The notes: generated by a model not told the origin, from the letters alone. A stretch of DNA of 64,000 nucleotides from Styela clava (GCF_964204865.1 NC_135257.1:12090001-12154000), one strand, 5' to 3'; positions 36,245 to 49,541 are shown, counted from the stretch's first letter. A program made the numbers and translations.

Positions 36245-37830
36245 TATGGTGGCCCATCGTTGTCACGCGTAAAATTGAAAATAAAATAAAAAACCGAAAA
36301 TAAAAAAATAGTTGTGAAAAAACATAAAAATAATTGAAAAAAAAAATTAAAATTAAAAAAAACAAATTAAAAATAAAAACGAAAAAAAAAACAAAAAAAA
36401 AAATTAAAAAAAAAAAATTGAAAAAAAAAAAAAATTGAAAAAAAATAATAAAATAAAAATTGAATAAAAAGAAAATAAAAAGGTTGACAACGATGGTCCA
36501 CCTCGTGGCCCATGGTTGTCACGCGTTTTTATTTTTAGAAAATTTGCTTCTGCTTGGGACCAACGTTGTCAGGCATAATCCTACGCGCACAAATGTGTTC
36601 CCTGGGTTTCCAACTCACTACTGATTTTCTTGAGCAATATTCAATATGAAAATGTTCTATAAATTCTCCATGCTACAATGCTACAAGTTCAACAAGAAGT
36701 AATATATTTATAATAATGATAAGAGAATATAGAATTGAATACGAAAATTCGGAAAATTTGTTTTTACGTGTAGAAGGTAATTTAATTGGAGAATGCTGCT
36801 TAACTATTCAGTTGTCTGGACACTCGCGATGCCGGTAATGTACCGTCTTACCAAATACCGATAGTCGGTTCTAGTCGCTTTGCGTCTGACCGTACCGGTA
36901 GTCATGCAATCACTCATGAAAAAATGGGAGATACGGATAGTCTCGTAGAATATAGACTACTGAAACACTCTCTTTCCACCTGCCTCATATCATACATCCG
37001 TAACGTACCGATCCAGACAAATGATAAATCGCCCGTGCTCAACCATTTATTTCAATCCATACCTCGATTCTATGGTATGAATTGAAATAAATGGTTGAGC
37101 ACGGGCGATTCATCATTTGTCTGGATCTGTACGGTATGGGGCAGGCGCAGAGAGTGTTTCAGTAGTCTATATTCTACGAGATTATCCGTATCGCCCATTC
37201 TTTCATGAGTGATTGCATGGGTACCGGTACGGTCAGACGGTACCGTACCGGCATCGCACGATTGTCCAGACAACTGAGCAGTTAAGCAGCATTTTTCAAT
37301 TCAATTACCTTCTACACGTAAAAACAAATTTTCGTATACAATTCTATATTCTCTTATCATTATTATAAATATATTGCTTGTGGTTGAACTTGTAGCATGG
37401 AGAATTTATAGAACATTTTCTTTTTGAATTTATTGAATATTGCTCATGAAAATCAGTAGTGAGTTAGAAACCCAGGAAACACATTTGTGCGTGTAGGATT
37501 AAGCCTGACAACGTTGGTCCCAAGCAGCATCAAATTTTCTAAAAATAAAAACGCGTGACAACGATGGGCCACGAGGCGGACCATCGNNNNNNNNNNNNNN
37601 NNNNNNNNNNNNNNNNNNNNNNNNNNNNNNNNNNNNNNNNNNNNNNNNNNNNNNNNNNNNNNNNNNNNNNNNNNNNNNNNNNNNNNNNNNNNNNNNNNNN
37701 NNNNNNNNNNNNNNNNNNNNNNNNNNNNNNNNNNNNNNNNTTTTTTCACAACTATTTTTTTATTTTCGCTTTTTCATTTTATTTTTTCATTTTTTTAAAA
37801 TTTTACGCGTGACAACGATGGGCCACCATA
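36245..37830. mobile_element. Foldback/hairpin element with ~800-bp inverted arms and almost no spacer
   Basis: Termini TATGGTGGCCCATCGTTGTCACGCGTAAAA and its reverse complement; flanking direct repeat GACCAC; symmetry centre near 37065; A-rich tract in the left arm mirrors the N gap in the right arm. Confidence 0.85.
37587..37740. other. Assembly gap (N run)
   Basis: 154 N bases. Confidence 1.
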
Positions 37831-37850
37831 GACCACATGTTCGTCTCGTA

Positions 37851-38308
37851 CAGGGGTTCTCAACATTTTTTCTGTCAAGTACCCCTCGAGTCACGAAACA
37901 ATCAACGCGAACACCCTTAATCAGGCATCGAATAAAATTGTGATATATAGACTAACACTTTGTTGTAGCAACAATTTATTGACCATATGTAAACAAATTA
38001 AATCTTTGCGTTGATATTATTGCACCTAACTAACGAATTCTTAAAATCACTTTTTCCAATGCTCGCAGCACTCTGTTTTACAGATTTCCGTTTTCCTGTA
38101 AAGCCTTGAATTTGCACATTGTTGCGTCACAATCATAACAACGCAAGATCAGTGAAAATCTACGTTTCAATTGGCACGCACATTCATCTGATAGTAATAA
38201 AGGATATTGAAAACAGCAACACACATAAACTCGACTGCCTTCCAAGTACCCGTGGAAATCTTCTCGCGAATCCTTGGGGGTTTGCGAACCCCAGGTTGAG
38301 AACCCCTG
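37851..38308. mobile_element. hAT (Charlie-like) MITE inside the USP relic
   Basis: CAGGGGTTCTCAAC...GTTGAGAACCCCTG; TSD GTCTCGTA/GTCTAGTA. Confidence 0.85.
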
Positions 38309-39894
38309 GTCTAGTATGTTGTAAGTGATGTAGTGCCCCGAATGCAATGTTTTTGATCTTCTGACTACAACACTTATAAGATCACATGATTTTGCTTTCG
38401 TCTGATCTTTTACAGGAATATCCAAGGTCCAACTTGGCATTATTTTTTCGCGGAACTGATACCACTTTCTGATGTCCTTTGCTTTCATATTGTTCAATAA
38501 TTGTTTTTGGTACTTTATACGTTTTTGACCACTGCACGAAGAACAATTAAGGCCGGAATGATGATTTTTAAAATATTAACGTAATCCAAAATGCTTGAAT
38601 GGTCCGGAACTTCGTCAAACGTTGGAATAAAAAGCATATTTGATACGCTGCATAAACTCGAAGTTTCTTTATTGCATATACTGCACGTTTTTATCGCTTG
38701 AAGAGCCGATTCGTTATAATACCAGACTGGTGAAATACGGACATAATATCAGATACTGCTAAATACTCTTGAGCGTCATGTTGGAGGCCAAATTCCCAGC
38801 CGAGTTTTCTGCAACCGTCAGTTATTGCGTTTTCTAATAATTCGGGTTTTATTCGATGCAGATTTTACATTGATTAAAACATAATTTTTATATTTTGTAT
38901 GTCCCCCGAAAGTTCACTCCAAATTACTGAGGTACCATCCTTCGATTTGCAATAGTTTAACGCCTGCAGTACACTGTTGAATCAACACGTATTCCCAACG
39001 TTTTGCAGGCCCATGAAAATATGACCATGAAATATCTGCAAAATGCATCTTTCACTGGAACGTCACATTTATCACTCCAGAAGCAAAGAGCCAATAATAT
39101 CCAATGACGATAATTTTCCAAGCTATACTTCAAATTGCTACCAATTTATTGGAACCCGATTATAGCCAAGCATATACCACAGTGACCAGCATCCGGTTCA
39201 CCCGCTGAACACTCGATTTCATTGACAGCTCTATTCAATACGGAAGCTTTAGATACATCGTCGTCATCTTCTACAATCTACAACGTTGTCGAATTATATT
39301 TTTTTGGCGGCAGCATCCGTTGTATAAAAGCCTTTTCCAGAGCATTTTCTTGATTGGACTAACGGGCTATACTGTTTTTTCTTTCGTGTGTCGCTTTTGG
39401 AGATCGATTTGACTTTTTACCACCTTTGTGCAGAATTACGTCGGAGAATTGCTTTACGGATATTTTTATTTCTCTGCGATATTTTTCGTAAACTTGTATA
39501 AATTTGAAAACTGTGTCCCTTCAAAATATGTTCCTTTGAGTTGACCAAAATGCTGTTCAAGAATACCTTGCGTGAGATTGTCAGTATACATATTTTGTAA
39601 ATCCCTTTGTCGAAGCCTTGAAAATTGTTCCGAGAATTTTCGATACGCTTCGGTAACAGATGTTGCATTTGCGTGGCGGGATAAGTCTCCGATGAGAAGT
39701 TGAAGGTATTCTACTGATTTTTACTTTTAGAAATATTGAAAAAAACTTTTTGAGAAGTATTTTTTTTTTTTGTAATTTATTGGTTTCAAGATGAGTCATG
39801 TAATCCTCGGATTGGCAAAAGGTTTTGAATATGATGGTATATCTTGTATAAAATGGTGACTTTGTTTCGAAATTTCCGCCAACAAAATTGCTTT

Positions 39895-42085
39895 CTATAT
39901 TTTGAACTAATATGGATGCACATTGTTTTCTGCATTCCAAAAAAAAATAAATTTGATATACTTTAATCTACAATAAAAAAAAATTCTACTCCTAATGTAG
40001 GATTATTTAGAAAATCGCAGTTGGATTTGCTTATAACGCCCCCGTTCATATTTTTCGCTAAGTATCGACATTGTTTGGATTATATCTTCTGAACTAATAT
40101 GGATGCTACATTTTAAAAACAAGTAAATTTAATGTACTTCAATCTGCAATAAAATTATTTCTACTCCTAATGTGGGATATTTTAGAAAATCGCAGTAGAA
40201 TTGCTTCAAACGCCATTTTTTACATTTCTTTCTAATCATCGACATTGTTTGCTTTATATACTTTGAACTAATATGGATGCGTAATATTTTCTACATTCTG
40301 GAAATAAGTAAATTTGTTGTACCTCAATGTACAATTAAAATATTTCTACTCCTAATGTGGGATATTTTAAGCAAATCGCAATTGAATATCGTCGAAACGC
40401 CCTTTTTTACGTATTTCGCTAATTATCGACATTGTTTGCTTTATGTCTTTGGACCTAATATGAATGTGTATTATTTTCTAAATTCTAAAAATAAGTAAGT
40501 AATTTCTACTCCCAATGTGGGATATTTTAAAAAATCGCAATTGAATATCGTCGAAACGCCCTTTTTTACGTATTTCGCTAATTATCGAAATTGTTTGCTT
40601 TATATCTTTGGACCTAATATAGATGTGTATTATTTTCTACATTCTAAAAAAAAGTAAATTTAATGTACTTCAATGTACAAAAAAAAATTTCTTCTCCCAA
40701 TGTGGGATATTTTGAAAAATCGCAATTGAATATCGTCGAAACGCCCTTTTTTACGTATTTCGCTAATTATCGACATTGTTTTCTTTATATCTTTGGACCT
40801 AATATGGATGTGTATTATTTTCTACATTCTAAAAAAAAGTAAATTTAATGTACTTCAATGTACAAAAAAAAAATTTCTTCTCCCAATGTGGGATATTTTG
40901 AAAAATCGCAATTGAATATCGTCGAAACGCCCTTTTTTACGTATTTCGCTAATTATCGAAATTGTTTGCTTTATATCTTTGGACCTAATATAGATGTGTA
41001 TTAGTTTCTACATTCTAAAAAAAAGTAAATTTAATGTACTTCAATGTACAAAAAAAAATTTCTTCTCCCAATGCGGGACATTTTGAAAAATCGCAATTGA
41101 ATATCGTCGAAACGCCCTTTTTGACGTATTTCGCTAATTATCGACATTGTTTTCTTTATATCTTTGGACCTGATATGGATGTGTATTATTTTCTACATTC
41201 TGAAATTAGGAAATTTAATGTACTTTAATGTACAAAAAAAAAAAAAATTCTATTCCCAATGGGGGATATTTTAAAGAATCGCAATTGAATATCGCCGAAA
41301 CGCCCTTTTTTACGTATTTCGCTAATTATCGACATTGTTTGCATTTGCAACTGTAACTAAGATGTGGCTGGAGTCGCCTCCGATCTGGATATATGCGCCT
41401 AACATCGGCCTGGTGCCAAATTTTATTTTCTACTCTAAAAGTTTTATGTGGATGGTTGTACATTGAGTATGAATTGTGCCTTATAATTCGTACATAGAGG
41501 TTGCTTAATTTAATTTTTCTCATCAAATAAAATGATCGCTCAATTTAATGTTGCATATGACAATATATAAAAATTTAATCGCTGCAATTGTACAAAAGCC
41601 CAGCTGAATGATATGGTGATTTATTTTTATAATTACTGTATATCAATTGAATTTCCCCGACTTTTATTATTACTTTCTCTCCCAAATCATATATAATGAT
41701 TCATATCAACCTTGTTGGTTAATTTATGAATGGATAAGCTTTTCTTTGTGCATATTGCTTTCACTTATTTCAATTTTTTATTATTGACTCGTTTTTAATC
41801 TTGGTGTCGCAGACTTGTGATGACCATTCCTGGTCCTTCGCGACTTCCTGTCAATTGCGATGAAATCCGTTACTGTATTTGAAATGTACTGTAATACTGA
41901 ATTTGTATTGTGATTTCTTGCACGACGAAATAAACTTATTGTCTATTGTCTATTGTCTTTTGAACTAATATGGATGCATTTTGTTTTCTACATTCTAAAA
42001 ACAAGTAAATTTAATGTACTTCAATCTGCAATAAAAATATTTCCACTCATAGTGTGGGATATTTTATAATATCGCATCTGATTTG
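39895..42085. repeat. Tandem array of ~160-190-bp units (about 8 copies plus one beyond an insertion)
   Basis: Recurring ttct(a/t)ctcc(t/c)aatgtggga...aaatcgcaattgaatatcgtcgaaacgccc near 39985, 40160, 40345, 40505, 40690, 40877, 41060, 41250 and 42042. Confidence 0.9.
41342..41957 (+). mobile_element. Probable 3' fragment of a non-LTR retrotransposon inserted in the satellite array
   Basis: Interrupts a repeat unit; degenerate RLRSG...LCG segment; ends with AATAAA followed by (TATTGTC)3. Confidence 0.5.
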
Positions 42086-42281
42086 CTCAGATACAATCTG
42101 ATCCCCAGCAATGTACATTTCCATGTGTCGCGGTAATGGTCCTTCAATGTATGATTTTAAAAGTGAACACTGCTTGGAATTGTGGGCAAATATTTCGCCT
42201 TTAATTTTACGCGTGGGTATTTTCTGCGATTCCGTCAGTCACAATTTCGTGTTTTGCTACTAGCTTCACAGAGGTTATTGT

Positions 42282-45200
42282 GGGTCTCCCTAAAACCAGG
42301 CACTTGCGAATTCAGGCACTTTTTCAGGCACCATTTCAGGCACTTTGATATTTTTTATTTTTACCGTCGTCATTGGGATTTCCAATTTACCTGACAAGAT
42401 AATTAGACTTTAAATAATTTTTTGCATCCCTATATTGCAATAAAACAATATTATTTCCAATTTATTAGGGTATAAATAATTTTTCAATAGTAAAATGTGG
42501 CAACATTAATTACAAAATATAGAAATCAGGCACTTGTGAAATTTCAGGCACTTGGCCAAAACCTATTTTACAATGTATCTGATTACTCTAAAACAGAAAA
42601 TTAAATATATACACTTTGTATGGTTGAATTTGCAACGTTTTGGTAAAATACAATACCGTTTGTGACTGATGGAGACGTGTCATATTTCGCAAGTGCCTGA
42701 TTCATTTTTCTCGGTGACAGTTGCCATATTTTTTCGCAATTATTTTCTTGAATTATTTGCGTCAGCACTTGCTATTCTTTGCTTTCTAACGCAAATTCAT
42801 TGTTCCACAACAATTTGAGCGTTTTTAATATTTCAATGAGCAATACCATTTGACAACATATGGTCAACCATCGTACTTTCTGGATTTATTTGAAATTGAA
42901 TATGAATAATAAAATCTGGCAACCTCAAGCACAAAATACTAAAACCAGGCACTTGTGAAATTTCAGGCACTTCGTAAAAACCTATTTCTCGATGTTTTTA
43001 CTTACTTTGAAGCAGAAAACTAAAATATACACTCTTTTGTATGATTGAAATGACGTCTTTTTGGTAAAAAACAAGAACGATTGGAAATGGTGATGAGGGG
43101 TCAAATTTCGCAAGTGCCTGATTTTTCATTTTTTTCGATAACAGTTGCCATATATTTTCGCAACAATTTTTCTAGATTATTTGCGTCAACACTTACTATT
43201 CTTTGCTTTCTAACGCAAATTCATTGTTCCACATCAATTTGAGCGTTTTTAATATTGCAATGAGCAATACCATTTGACAACATATGGTCAACCATCGTAC
43301 TTTCTGGATTTATTTGAAATTGAATATGAATGATAAAATCTGGCAACCTCAAGCACAAAATACTAAAACCAGGCACTTGTGAAATTTCAGGCACTTCGTA
43401 AAAACCTATTTCTCGATGTTTATATTTACTTTGAAGCAGAAAACTAAAATATACACTTTTTTGTATGATTGAAATGACGTTTTTTTTGGTAAAAAAGAAA
43501 AACGATTGGGACTTGTGATGAGGGGTCAAATTTCGCAAGTGCCTGATTTTTCATTTTTTTCGATTACAGTTGCCACATATTTTTGCAATACTTTTCATAA
43601 AATCTTTTTCGTCAGAACTTACTAATCATTGCTTTTTAAAGGAAATTCCTAGTTCTACAACAATTTCAGCGTTTTTAATATTGCAATGAGCAATAGCATT
43701 TGACAACATATAGATAACCATCGTACTTTTTGGATTTATTTGAAATTGAATAGGAATGATAAAATCTGGCAACCGCAAGCACAAAATACTAAAATCAGGC
43801 ACTTGTGAAATTTCAGGCACTTTGTAAAAAACCATTTCCCGATGTTTTTGATTACTTTAAAGCCGAAAATCCAAATATACATATTTTGTATGACTGAATT
43901 TGGTATTTTTATTGTTCAAAACAAGAAGAACTGTCACTGGTAAAAATGTGGCAAATTTAGCAAGTGCCTGATTTTTTGGTTTTGTCAATGATAGTTGCCA
44001 TATCTCTATAATTTTTGTCTTTTTTTTATATGTTGTTTCCCTATTGCATTATTTTATAAAAGTCAATGTTTGTATGAGAGCTCCACTTAGCATAAATGGA
44101 ATTAAACTTTTAACATCAGTATCTACATCCGGAAATCGGTATTTAATTAAACCAATCACGCTTTTGCAAAACTATTTGAATATTGTAAAGTTTGAATGAC
44201 ATTGTGTTGTTTATTTTTTTTAAATTCAAAAGTATGACATATGTATTATTTAAATACGGGTTTAAATTTGACAGATCTGTAAAGAATATTAGTTATTCAG
44301 ACGACATCTTTATAGTAATGTTCGGAACCCTTGAAATTGGTTCAAAACTTCTACTAATTTGTTATAAACATTTCGACGTAATATATTACCCAGGTAGCAA
44401 CAATCGCATTGTTATAAAGAACCTAATTTGTCTTCTGGCAATATTAGTTCGAAATTCCAGTTTTAATTGTTATCGGACGACGATTTTAATAATGTAATTT
44501 TGGCCTATGACTTCATATAAACTACATAACAGAAACAATTGACTTATGTCGTATAGAATTTTTTATAATACGTATCCAAGTTACATTATCCCCTAATAGA
44601 ACATAATTTACCGTTCACAAAATGTATAAAAGCCTGTGCAAAATCCATATTGACAACCAGCGGTGTTCAACCACGGCTACAATAAAGATATTCAATCACT
44701 TGCTGTTGCTGTTGTATAATATTCTTTACAACCTGAAGATCTGACTGTAATATCTTTTCATGGATAGTTTATGGAATGGATTTCATGGATAGTTTACGTA
44801 GAATTATTTGTACATTATTTCATGCTGTAACAGCTAACTGTAAAACACGTAGTTCCTAAATAAGAAGAATGGCTACAGGATTGTAAATACGAGATGGCAA
44901 TGTCACCTAAACAAAATTCACTCGGCGAATGACATCAGGTAGCTGATATGCCCAAAGTTAGGCTTAAAAGCATCGTTAAACGAATGTTACAATAAAAATC
45001 CTTCAATATTCAACACGCCAGTAGTCAGTCAACGAATTTTTTTGCGTTATTCAAAAAGTTACAAATATATAAAAACGTAAAACAGTTTTTGTTTTTAATG
45101 TCACAGAAGCCGTATTAATCTCTCGATTATAGATCTTTCTTCATCAGTAATTGGGGATATAAATTTGAATTTAAATTTATTGAGGAGATAAAACATTAAA

Positions 45201-47531
45201 AACACAACTTCACAAAGGAAGTGTATGAGTGAACACTAATCGAAGCTTTCAGATTAAAAATTATTAGAAATATTGAGTATCCAATGAAAATCCTTACTAT
45301 TTGTTCTATTTTGACATGATATGATTTACGTATCTTGCAATTAGGTAAAACCACAGATCTAAGAATTGAAAAAAAAGAAAAAGAATTTTAAATGTCAGTT
45401 CTGAAATTGAACATGAAAAGGTTTTGTGTATATTTTGCTACTTTTATATGTCGGGCGTATAGTTTCTTCATGTCGCGAAAGAGCATCAGAACAGGTTGTG
45501 CAGAAAATGGTGCTGCCGTAGTATGTGCACAAAGTTGGCACATAACCCGAACATAGTATGTGTACCAAGATAGAGGTAATAGGTTGTGCGCCATCTTGGA
45601 GCACATAGGCTACTACGGGAGCGCCCTGAAAATACCCACATTTGCAACACCGACTTACCGAATACAAATTTTACACTTCCACAATTTCGCTTTTGATACT
45701 TTCTCACATGTATCATGATACCAACGCTTGCAAACGAAGCATTGATATTGTACGTGCTCCCGTATACATTTCGCACTTTAACAGACACTCCAATTATTAT
45801 TTTCCAGAAAGCAAAATTCATGCATCGGAATGTCAGAGTATATGAGTGGCGACGATGCAGTGCGACAACGTTCCAAATGTGATTGAATTTTTGTTGACTC
45901 CGACTTGTTCAATCTTCCATCTGGGCGTTTTGAAGAGGTATGTACTCACTTCCAATATAAATACTTGCACCACCTTCGGGCAGACGTCGAATTGAAATTA
46001 GCGATAAGAATAGCACTCAATATACATCGGATTGCCTAAAAAAACATTTTACCGAGAAAGCAAAGTATAGTAAGTACTAAGTTCTGACGAAAATGATTTT
46101 ATGAAATATATTGCAAAAATATATGGCAACTGTAATCGAAAAAAATGAAAAATCAGGCACTTGCGAAATTTGACCCCTCATCACAAGTCCCAATCGTTTT
46201 TCTTTTTTACCAAAAAAGACGTCATTTCAATCATACAAAAGAGTGTATATTTTAGTTTTCTGCTTCAAAGTAAGTATGAACATCGAGAAATAGGTTTTTA
46301 CAAAGTGCCTGAAATTTCACAAGTGCCTGGTTTTAGTATTTTGTGCTTGCTGTTGCCAGATTTTATCATTCCTATTCAATTTCAAATAAATCCAAAAAGT
46401 ACGATGTTTATCTATATGTTGTCAAATAATATTGCTCATTGTAAAAACGCTAAAATTGTTGTAGAACTAGGAATTTATTTTAAAAAGCAATGATTAGTAA
46501 GTTCTAACTCAAATAATTTAGAAAAATTGTTGCGAAAATATATGGCACCTGTTATCGAAAAAAATGAAAAATCAGGCACTTGCGAAATTTGACCCCTCAT
46601 CACCAGTCCCAATCGTTTTTGTTTTTTACCAAAAAGACGTCATTTCAATCATAAAAAAGAGTGTATATTTTAGTTTTCTGCTTCAAAGTGTATAAAAACA
46701 CCGAGAAATATGTTTTTACGAAGTGCCTGAAATTTCACAAGACCACTGTGAAGCTAGCAGCATTTTCAGCCAGAATATTTTTACATATTGAATATAGTTT
46801 CCACGCGCATATAATGTTCACTTATAGTTACATATAAAGATTGAAAGATTGCACAAGTGCCTGGTTTTAGTATTTTGTGCTTGAGGTTGCCAGATTTTAT
46901 TATTCATATTCAATTTCAAATAAATCCAGAAAGTGCGATGGTTGACCATATGTTGTCAAATGGTATTGCTCATTGCAATATTAAAAACGCTCAAATTGTT
47001 GTGGAACAGTGAATTTGCGTTAGAAAGCAAAGAATAGTAAGTGCTGACGCAAATAATTTAGGAAAATAATTGCGAAAAAATATGGCAACTGTCACCGAGA
47101 AAAATGAAAAATCAGGCACTTGCGAAATATGACACGCCTCCATCAGTCACAAACGGTATTGTATTTTACCAAGAAGTTGTAAATTCAACCATACAAAGTG
47201 TTTATATTCAATTTTCTGCTTTAGAGTAATCAGATACATTGTAAAATAGGTTTTGACCAAGTGCCTGAAATTTCACAAGTGCCTGATTTCTATATTTTGT
47301 AATCAATGTTGCCACATTTTACTATTGAAAAATTATTTATACCCTAATAAATTGGAAATAATATTGTTTTATTGCAATATAGGGATGCAAAAATTATTTA
47401 AAGTCCAATTATCTTGTCAGGTAAATTGGAAATCCCAATGACGTACGGTAAAAATAAAAAAATATCAAAGTGCCTAAAATGGTGCCTGAAAAAGTGCCTG
47501 AATTCGCGAGTGCCTGGTTTTAGGGAGACCC
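42282..47531 (-). mobile_element. Mutator-superfamily (Rehavkus/Foldback-like) element with long modular TIRs and relic PHD finger and Ulp1-like protease
   Basis: Termini GGGTCTCCCTAAAACCAGGCAC...GTGCCTGGTTTTAGGGAGACCC; perfect 9-bp TSD GGTTATTGT (42273-42281, 47532-47540); TIRs of about 1.5-1.7 kb built from ~420-bp units; minus-strand QCFVCKRWYHDTCEK...WKCKIC (about 45745-45662) and weaker Ulp1-like IFIVAVVEHRW and DC/ATWVIYYVEMF (about 44690-44365). Confidence 0.88.
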
Positions 47532-48857
47532 GGTTATTGTTTACCATCATCTAAAGCCCATGAATTTTATTGTTCAAATGAGTGGTCGTAATACTTACTA
47601 AATACAGCGCGAAACAGCGCAGAAGAGAGGGAAACATTTTTCTTTCATTATTTATAAGCGTCCGTAAAATTTTAAACAATTTGATGGGAAACAGTATACA
47701 GTTGTAGGGAATGATCCGAGTTTATATCAGTAATCTTCAATGTCTTTAAATAACCTAACAATACAGCAATGCGATTTTCTCTGAATTATATATTGAATTT
47801 GTTAAAGTACAGTACTCTCTATTTGGCAGACCAGCTTTTCTAATAATCATTTTCAATGCGAACGTTAATCACATCAGCAAATAGGATTGGAGTTGAGTTC
47901 GATGATCGCATGGTCGTGACTCGTATCACTCCCTCCCGTCCATATCAAAGCAATTTTTATTTTATTTTCGTTACATTTTTTTTCGTATTGATGACTGTTT
48001 GTATCTTGGTTGACAAAGTACCAAATATCTCTCTCTTTTTTATACGGAACCAGGTTCTGTGGATAAAAAAAGGGTTCTGTGGATGTGATCACCATTGTAC
48101 TTGATTAAAGTGTAGTAATACAATTTTACACATGCCCTATACAACTATACAATAAATCTGATGTAAAGTATTGAAGAGTAGAAATATTTTTTTATCAGCC
48201 GACTCATTTTATGTCTTTATTTTATAATTTCATATTTTTTTAATCCATACTGACAGTTCGACCACAGCGTAAAAAAAATGGTCGGAGCCTGCATACTGAC
48301 CAACACGAATCAATGTTTAAATATTCACTGTACTGTATTTCTATAAAAATCTGTACCTATTGTCCTTTCTTAACATTGTTTTGTGGAAATAAAATCTCTC
48401 TCTCTCTCTACCGTTATTATACCTAGTGAAAGAGGGGTTTGTACTGTTATAATTGTGTTTTAATGTGGGGGCTATTTTTGCAATGGGAAACGGTCCCTTC
48501 ACATGTTCTGTGTCAAATTTAGTATTTCAATTGGCATATTTTATGATAACAAATATAATGAAATAAACATATATAATCAATTGCACAGGGGTTGCTTAAG
48601 CTTCTGGAATGTTTCATTGGGTTCTGCCCCTACCAAGAGGTTGAAACCCAATGGTTTATCAGGTTGTATAATTATTATTCTGTAATATATTTGAAATAAT
48701 CTTTTCAAAGATGATGACCAACTTTTGATCGATATATTCATGATGATGCATGAGACAATCAGGTTAATCTTTAGTCTGTCAACCTCTTTAATATTTCGAT
48801 ATTGTTTGAACTAACATTAAATTTCATTTTTCCAGCTTTAAGTCATAAACAAGTAAA

Positions 48858-49541
48858 ATGAATATAAGTTTGCAAGGTGGCGATCACCAGATTCCTAGCT
48901 CCGGATTAGGTAGCCATCCTAATAATGATCGTATGAATTTTTCACATGATTTTTTCCAACAGCCTGCCACAATGGAGACACAGCAAATGAACATTGAAAA
49001 ATCTGAACCTCCTGTGTGCACTTCTACTGGGATATATTTATTAAAAGATCAGGTTGAGCCATCAGTTGTATCGGGAAGCACAAATCTTCTAGCACATTAC
49101 AATTTAGAAACAACATATAACAAATTTTGCGGCGGAAAGAAAGTAAAAGAAAATTTAAGTTCATTTCTTCCGGATTTGCCTGGGTTTATTGACACACTTG
49201 CAATACAAGACAATAGTAGTTTAAAAGCGTTGATCGATCGACCCCCTGTTGGTAATAAAGAAATTCAACCACTATCACAGCCTTTATTATCAAGTTTCCG
49301 TTTGCATCCTGGGCCTTTGCCTGATCATTATCGTTCCTTATATCAATCAATTGACTCAACACGACGAAAAAGCAAGCATCATAAAAAACGTAGGTCAGAC
49401 CCAATGCAAAATACTCATATTAATGAAGGAGAAGAATTTGAGCCCAGAAAGCATAAAAAGAAAAAACATGAAGATGGTGAAAAGAAAAAGAAGAAAAAAG
49501 AAAAGAAAAAGAAGAGGGAAAGAGATAAAGAAAGAACCTGA
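48858..49541 (+). CDS. MED19: Mediator complex subunit 19, intronless, 227 aa
   Basis: GSTNLLAHYNLE..YNKFCG.KKVKE.LSSFLPDLPG.ID, DNSSL..LI.RPP, FRLHPGPLP and Lys-rich C-terminus; acceptor tttttccag at 48835. Confidence 0.93.
   Translation: MNISLQGGDHQIPSSGLGSHPNNDRMNFSHDFFQQPATMETQQMNIEKSEPPVCTSTGIYLLKDQVEPSVVSGSTNLLAHYNLETTYNKFCGGKKVKENLSSFLPDLPGFIDTLAIQDNSSLKALIDRPPVGNKEIQPLSQPLLSSFRLHPGPLPDHYRSLYQSIDSTRRKSKHHKKRRSDPMQNTHINEGEEFEPRKHKKKKHEDGEKKKKKKEKKKKRERDKERT

Larger units (their letters stand above)
36140..39011 (-). pseudogene. Intronless ubiquitin-specific protease (peptidase C19/USP) relic, interrupted by two insertions
   Basis: In order on the minus strand: Cys box GL.KNVGNTC*FNSVLQAL (39011-38958), QHDAQEYL (38783-38760), CSIC...LFIP, CSSC, DLISVVV...HSGHY (about 38385-38329), then after removing the insertions ILDEHVVKCDD and NGDVFFY (about 36160). 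Stops and frameshifts present. Confidence 0.85.

Noticed and set aside
38949-39011. In-frame TGA next to the USP catalytic Cys as selenocysteine or readthrough
   Set aside because: The position normally holds an aromatic residue (TGG to TGA), and surrounding frameshifts and insertions show plain decay.
39895-41340. Regular repeats as a possible CRISPR array
   Set aside because: Whole units repeat with no unique spacers, no cas genes, eukaryotic context.
43221-46493. Near-identical ORFs at 43221-43538, 43626-43835 and 46161-46493
   Set aside because: Chance open frames in the TIR repeat units.
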